DNA of 64,000 nt from the human T2T-CHM13v2.0 reference genome, Homo sapiens. The stretch is taken from the NCBI RefSeq assembly GCF_009914755.1, contig NC_060928.1. One strand, given 5' to 3'. Within the stretch, counting starts at the first letter, position 1, and each line of letters begins with the position of its first letter. Shown here piece by piece: positions 61,072 through 64,000 of this stretch. The notes beneath the pieces were generated by a model. It saw nothing but the letters and a program-made list of their open reading frames with translations. It ran no database searches and was not told the DNA's origin. The translations under genes and the position numbers were made by a program.

Positions 61072-61843
61072 TTTTAAAAATTATTTATTTTTTATATTTA
61101 GTGGGTTCAAGTGCAGGTTTCTTACATGCATACATAGTGTAATGGTAGGGTTTGGGTTTTTAGGTGTTCCCATCACCTGAATAGTGAACATTGTACCCAA
61201 TAGTAGTTTCTTAACTCTCATGCTCTTCCCACCTTTTATAGTTTCTAGTGTATAGTATATATTGATCTGTTATTCCACTATTATTCTACTATTCCATGTG
61301 TACCCATTGTTTAGCTCCCACTTATAAGTGAATACATGCAGTATTTGACTTTCAGTTTCTGAGTTAGTTCACTTAGGATAATGGCCTTAAACTCTATCCA
61401 TCTTGCTGCAAAACACACGATTTCATTCTTTTTCAAAGACTGTGTAGTATGTAGTATTCTATAACATATATATACATATATATATACACACATATATATA
61501 CATATATATACACATATATACATATATACACACACATATATATATATGTGTGTGTATATATACATATAATGTTTTCTTTATCCAGGCCTCTGTCAGTGAA
61601 CACTTATATTGATTCCATATCTTTGCTATTGCAAATAGTGCTGCGATAAACATACAAGTGCAGGCATCTTTTTAAATATGATTTCTTTCCCTTTGGGTAT
61701 ATATCCAGTAATTGGTTTACTTAATCAAATGGTAGTTCTATTTTTAGTCATTTGAGAAACCTCTATACTGTTTTCCATAAAGGTTGTACTAATTTATATT
61801 CCCACCAACAGTGTATAAGCATTCCCTTTTCATTGCATCCTCA
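61072..61843 (-). mobile_element. L1PB-type 3' fragment inserted in the L1MA
   Basis: An L1PB 3'UTR (caagtgcaggtttcttacatgcat..cccatcacctgaatagtgaacattgtacccaatag) and an ORF2 tail (MFIAALFAIAKIWNQ). The host L1 resumes at ~61845. Confidence 0.8.
61465..61568. repeat. (TA)n/(CA)n compound microsatellite
   Basis: Directly visible catatatatacatatatatatacacac... Confidence 0.95.
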
Positions 61844-63893
61844 TAATTTTCATTTCTTTCTGCTTTGATTTTTATTCTTTCCTTCTACTAATTTGGGGTT
61901 TGGTTTGTTCTTGGTTTTATAGTTCCTTGAGGTGCTCTTTTAGGTTGTTTATTTGAAGTCTTTCTACTTTCTTGAGATAGATGTTTATTTCTATAAACTT
62001 CCCTGTTACTACTGTTTTGCTGTATCCATAAATTTTGGTATGTAATATTATGTAATATTTCCATTTTAATTTGTTTCAAGAAGTTTTAAAATGTCCTTCT
62101 TAATTTCTTTATTGACCCATTGGTCATTCATAGGCATGTTGTTTAATTTCCATGTGTTATGTTGTGTAGTTTCTGAAGTTGCTCTTGTTACAGATTTCTA
62201 CTTTTAATCTATTGTTGTTATAAGGGATATTTGATATGATTTCTACTTTTTTGAATTTGTTGAGACTTGTTTTATGGCCTAAGATATGCTTTCTTCTGGA
62301 GAATATTCCATATTCTAATGAAAAGAATGTGCATTCTATGGCAGTTGGGTGAAATGTTCCGTAAATTTCAGTTAGCGCTGTCTCGTTTAGTGTGTAGTTT
62401 TACTCCAGCATTTCTTTGTTGATTTTCTTCTGTAAGGTCTGTCCATTACTGAGAGTAGGGTGTTAAAGTCCCCTACTATTATTCTATTGTAGTCTGTCTC
62501 TCCCTTTAGATCTTATAATATTTGCTTTATATATCTTGGTGATCTGATGTTACATGCATGTATATTTAGAATTACTATATCTGATTGCTCAGTTTATTCC
62601 TTTGTCATTATATAGTGCCCTTCTTTGTGTCTTTTTACAGTCTTTGATTTGTATTCTATTTTTATCCAATATAGGTGTAGAAATCCCTGCTCTTTTTTGG
62701 TTTCCAGTTGTGTGGAATATCTTTCCACCTCTTCACTCTCAGTCTATGTGTGTTCTTATAAGAGAACTGAATTCTGTGTAGTCAGCATCTACTTGGCTAT
62801 TATCTCTTTACTCATGCAGGCACTCTGCGCCTTTTAATTAGATAATCAAATTCACTTATGTTAAGTGTTTTTTATTGATAAGTAAGGACTTACTACTACT
62901 GCCACTTTGTTGTTTGTTTTGTAAATCTTCTCTATTTTTTTCTCCCCTACTTATTGTTTTCCTTTGTGGTTATGTGATTTCTTTGGTAGTATGTTTAAAT
63001 TTATTGCTTTATATTTTTATGAATAGGTTGTAGGTTTTTACACTGTGGTTACTATGAAGTTTATGAATATTATATTATAACAAGTTATTTTAGAGAGTTG
63101 ACAACTCAGATCACAACAAAAAGGACAAAAACAAAGAAAAAAATAAAACATTCTACAACTCAAGTCCATCTCCCCCACATTTTCATTTTTACCTATCTCA
63201 ATTTACATATTTTGTCATTTCCTGTCTCTTGCCAGGTTACTATAGTTATTATTTTTGATAAATTTGTCTCTTGGATTTCATACTAGAGTTATGGGTAAAT
63301 CGTACTCCACAGTTACAGTATTAGAGTATTCTGGGTTTTTCTGTGTTCACCTCGATCTCACTTTTTCCAGTGTAGAATCTATGAGTTGACTGGAGATTTT
63401 CCGCACATTTAGTGCTGGGAAGAATGGGGTCAGGGGTGTCACAAATGAGGAAGTCCTATTCTCTTATGCTCTGCTTGAATTTTTTTTTTTATTTCTGTGT
63501 GACCCCAGGAACAGTCTCATCCTCATATTTGAGTGCGACGTTATTGTTGATGATAATCTTGGCTCTGTGTATTTGTTTTTGGATTTCTGTGAAAAGAAGT
63601 GAAACCAACCTTCTACATCACCGTTTCTACTCTTGTGTTAATCTCTCCTTTTATGTCCTCATTTCTATCAGTTTTACTTTGCAGTTTATTAACTTCATAG
63701 TTTCTGCTGTCACTTTCTTGTAGTCTGCATTCTTCTCTCCATTTAAACTATTCAATGTAGTACTTAAAGATAGATATGACTTTCAGACAGGCTAATATTT
63801 GCTTATGAGTGTCAAAGTTCTTAAAACTGCATACTGCATCAAGAAGTGAAGCAATGTATCTTTCTGGACATTTCTATTTAAAAAAAATCAGTG

Positions 63894-64000
63894 GGCCAGG
63901 TGCAGTGGCTCATGCCTGTAATCCCAGCACTTTGGGAGGCCAAGGTGGTGGATCACCTGAGGTCAGGAGTTTGAGACCAGCCTGGCCAACATGGTGAAAC
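63894..64000 (+). mobile_element. AluS left arm (cut by the window end)
   Basis: ggccaggtgcagtggctcatgcctgtaatcccagcactttgggagg... Confidence 0.95.

Larger units (their letters stand above)
52048..63630 (-). mobile_element. Long L1MA (about MA1-3), split by nested insertions
   Basis: The L1MA 3'UTR is at 52048. Antisense ORF2 is continuous across 53195/58807 (atttgtctatt|tttgc). It continues to 5'UTR-like sequence near 63350-63630. Confidence 0.85.

Noticed and set aside
61311-61653. YIYI-rich ORFs
   Set aside because: They are translations of a (TA/CA)n microsatellite within an L1PB tail.

Overview
This is AT-rich, repeat-dense great-ape/human nuclear DNA (Alu, L1PA2, THE1 and MSTA are present). 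I see no recognisable host protein-coding exon, RNA gene or CRISPR array. Every long ORF in the track comes from L1 ORF2 or from Alu/LTR sequence. The main structures are: (1) a young L1PA2 with a 5' inversion made by twin priming, with an exact 16-bp TSD and open ORF2 frames in both arms (13077-15259); (2) a head-to-head inverted Alu pair about 13 bp apart that shares a triplicated target site (35097-35675); (3) a ~6 kb ERV1 provirus with a tRNA-Pro PBS, a rearranged 3' LTR and a tail-less AluY (40806-46788); (4) a four-layer nest in which an L1MA holds an MSTA provirus, which holds MER30 (itself holding an AluSc), a THE1D solo LTR and a full THE1C (52048-63630). Most long L1s and Alus lie on the minus strand, which suggests, by inference only, an intron of a + strand transcript. 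I found no evidence for a previously undescribed biological system. The findings are locus-specific retrotransposition and repair footprints plus a few candidate regulatory patches. Subfamily calls come from recalled consensus sequences and need RepeatMasker/Dfam confirmation.
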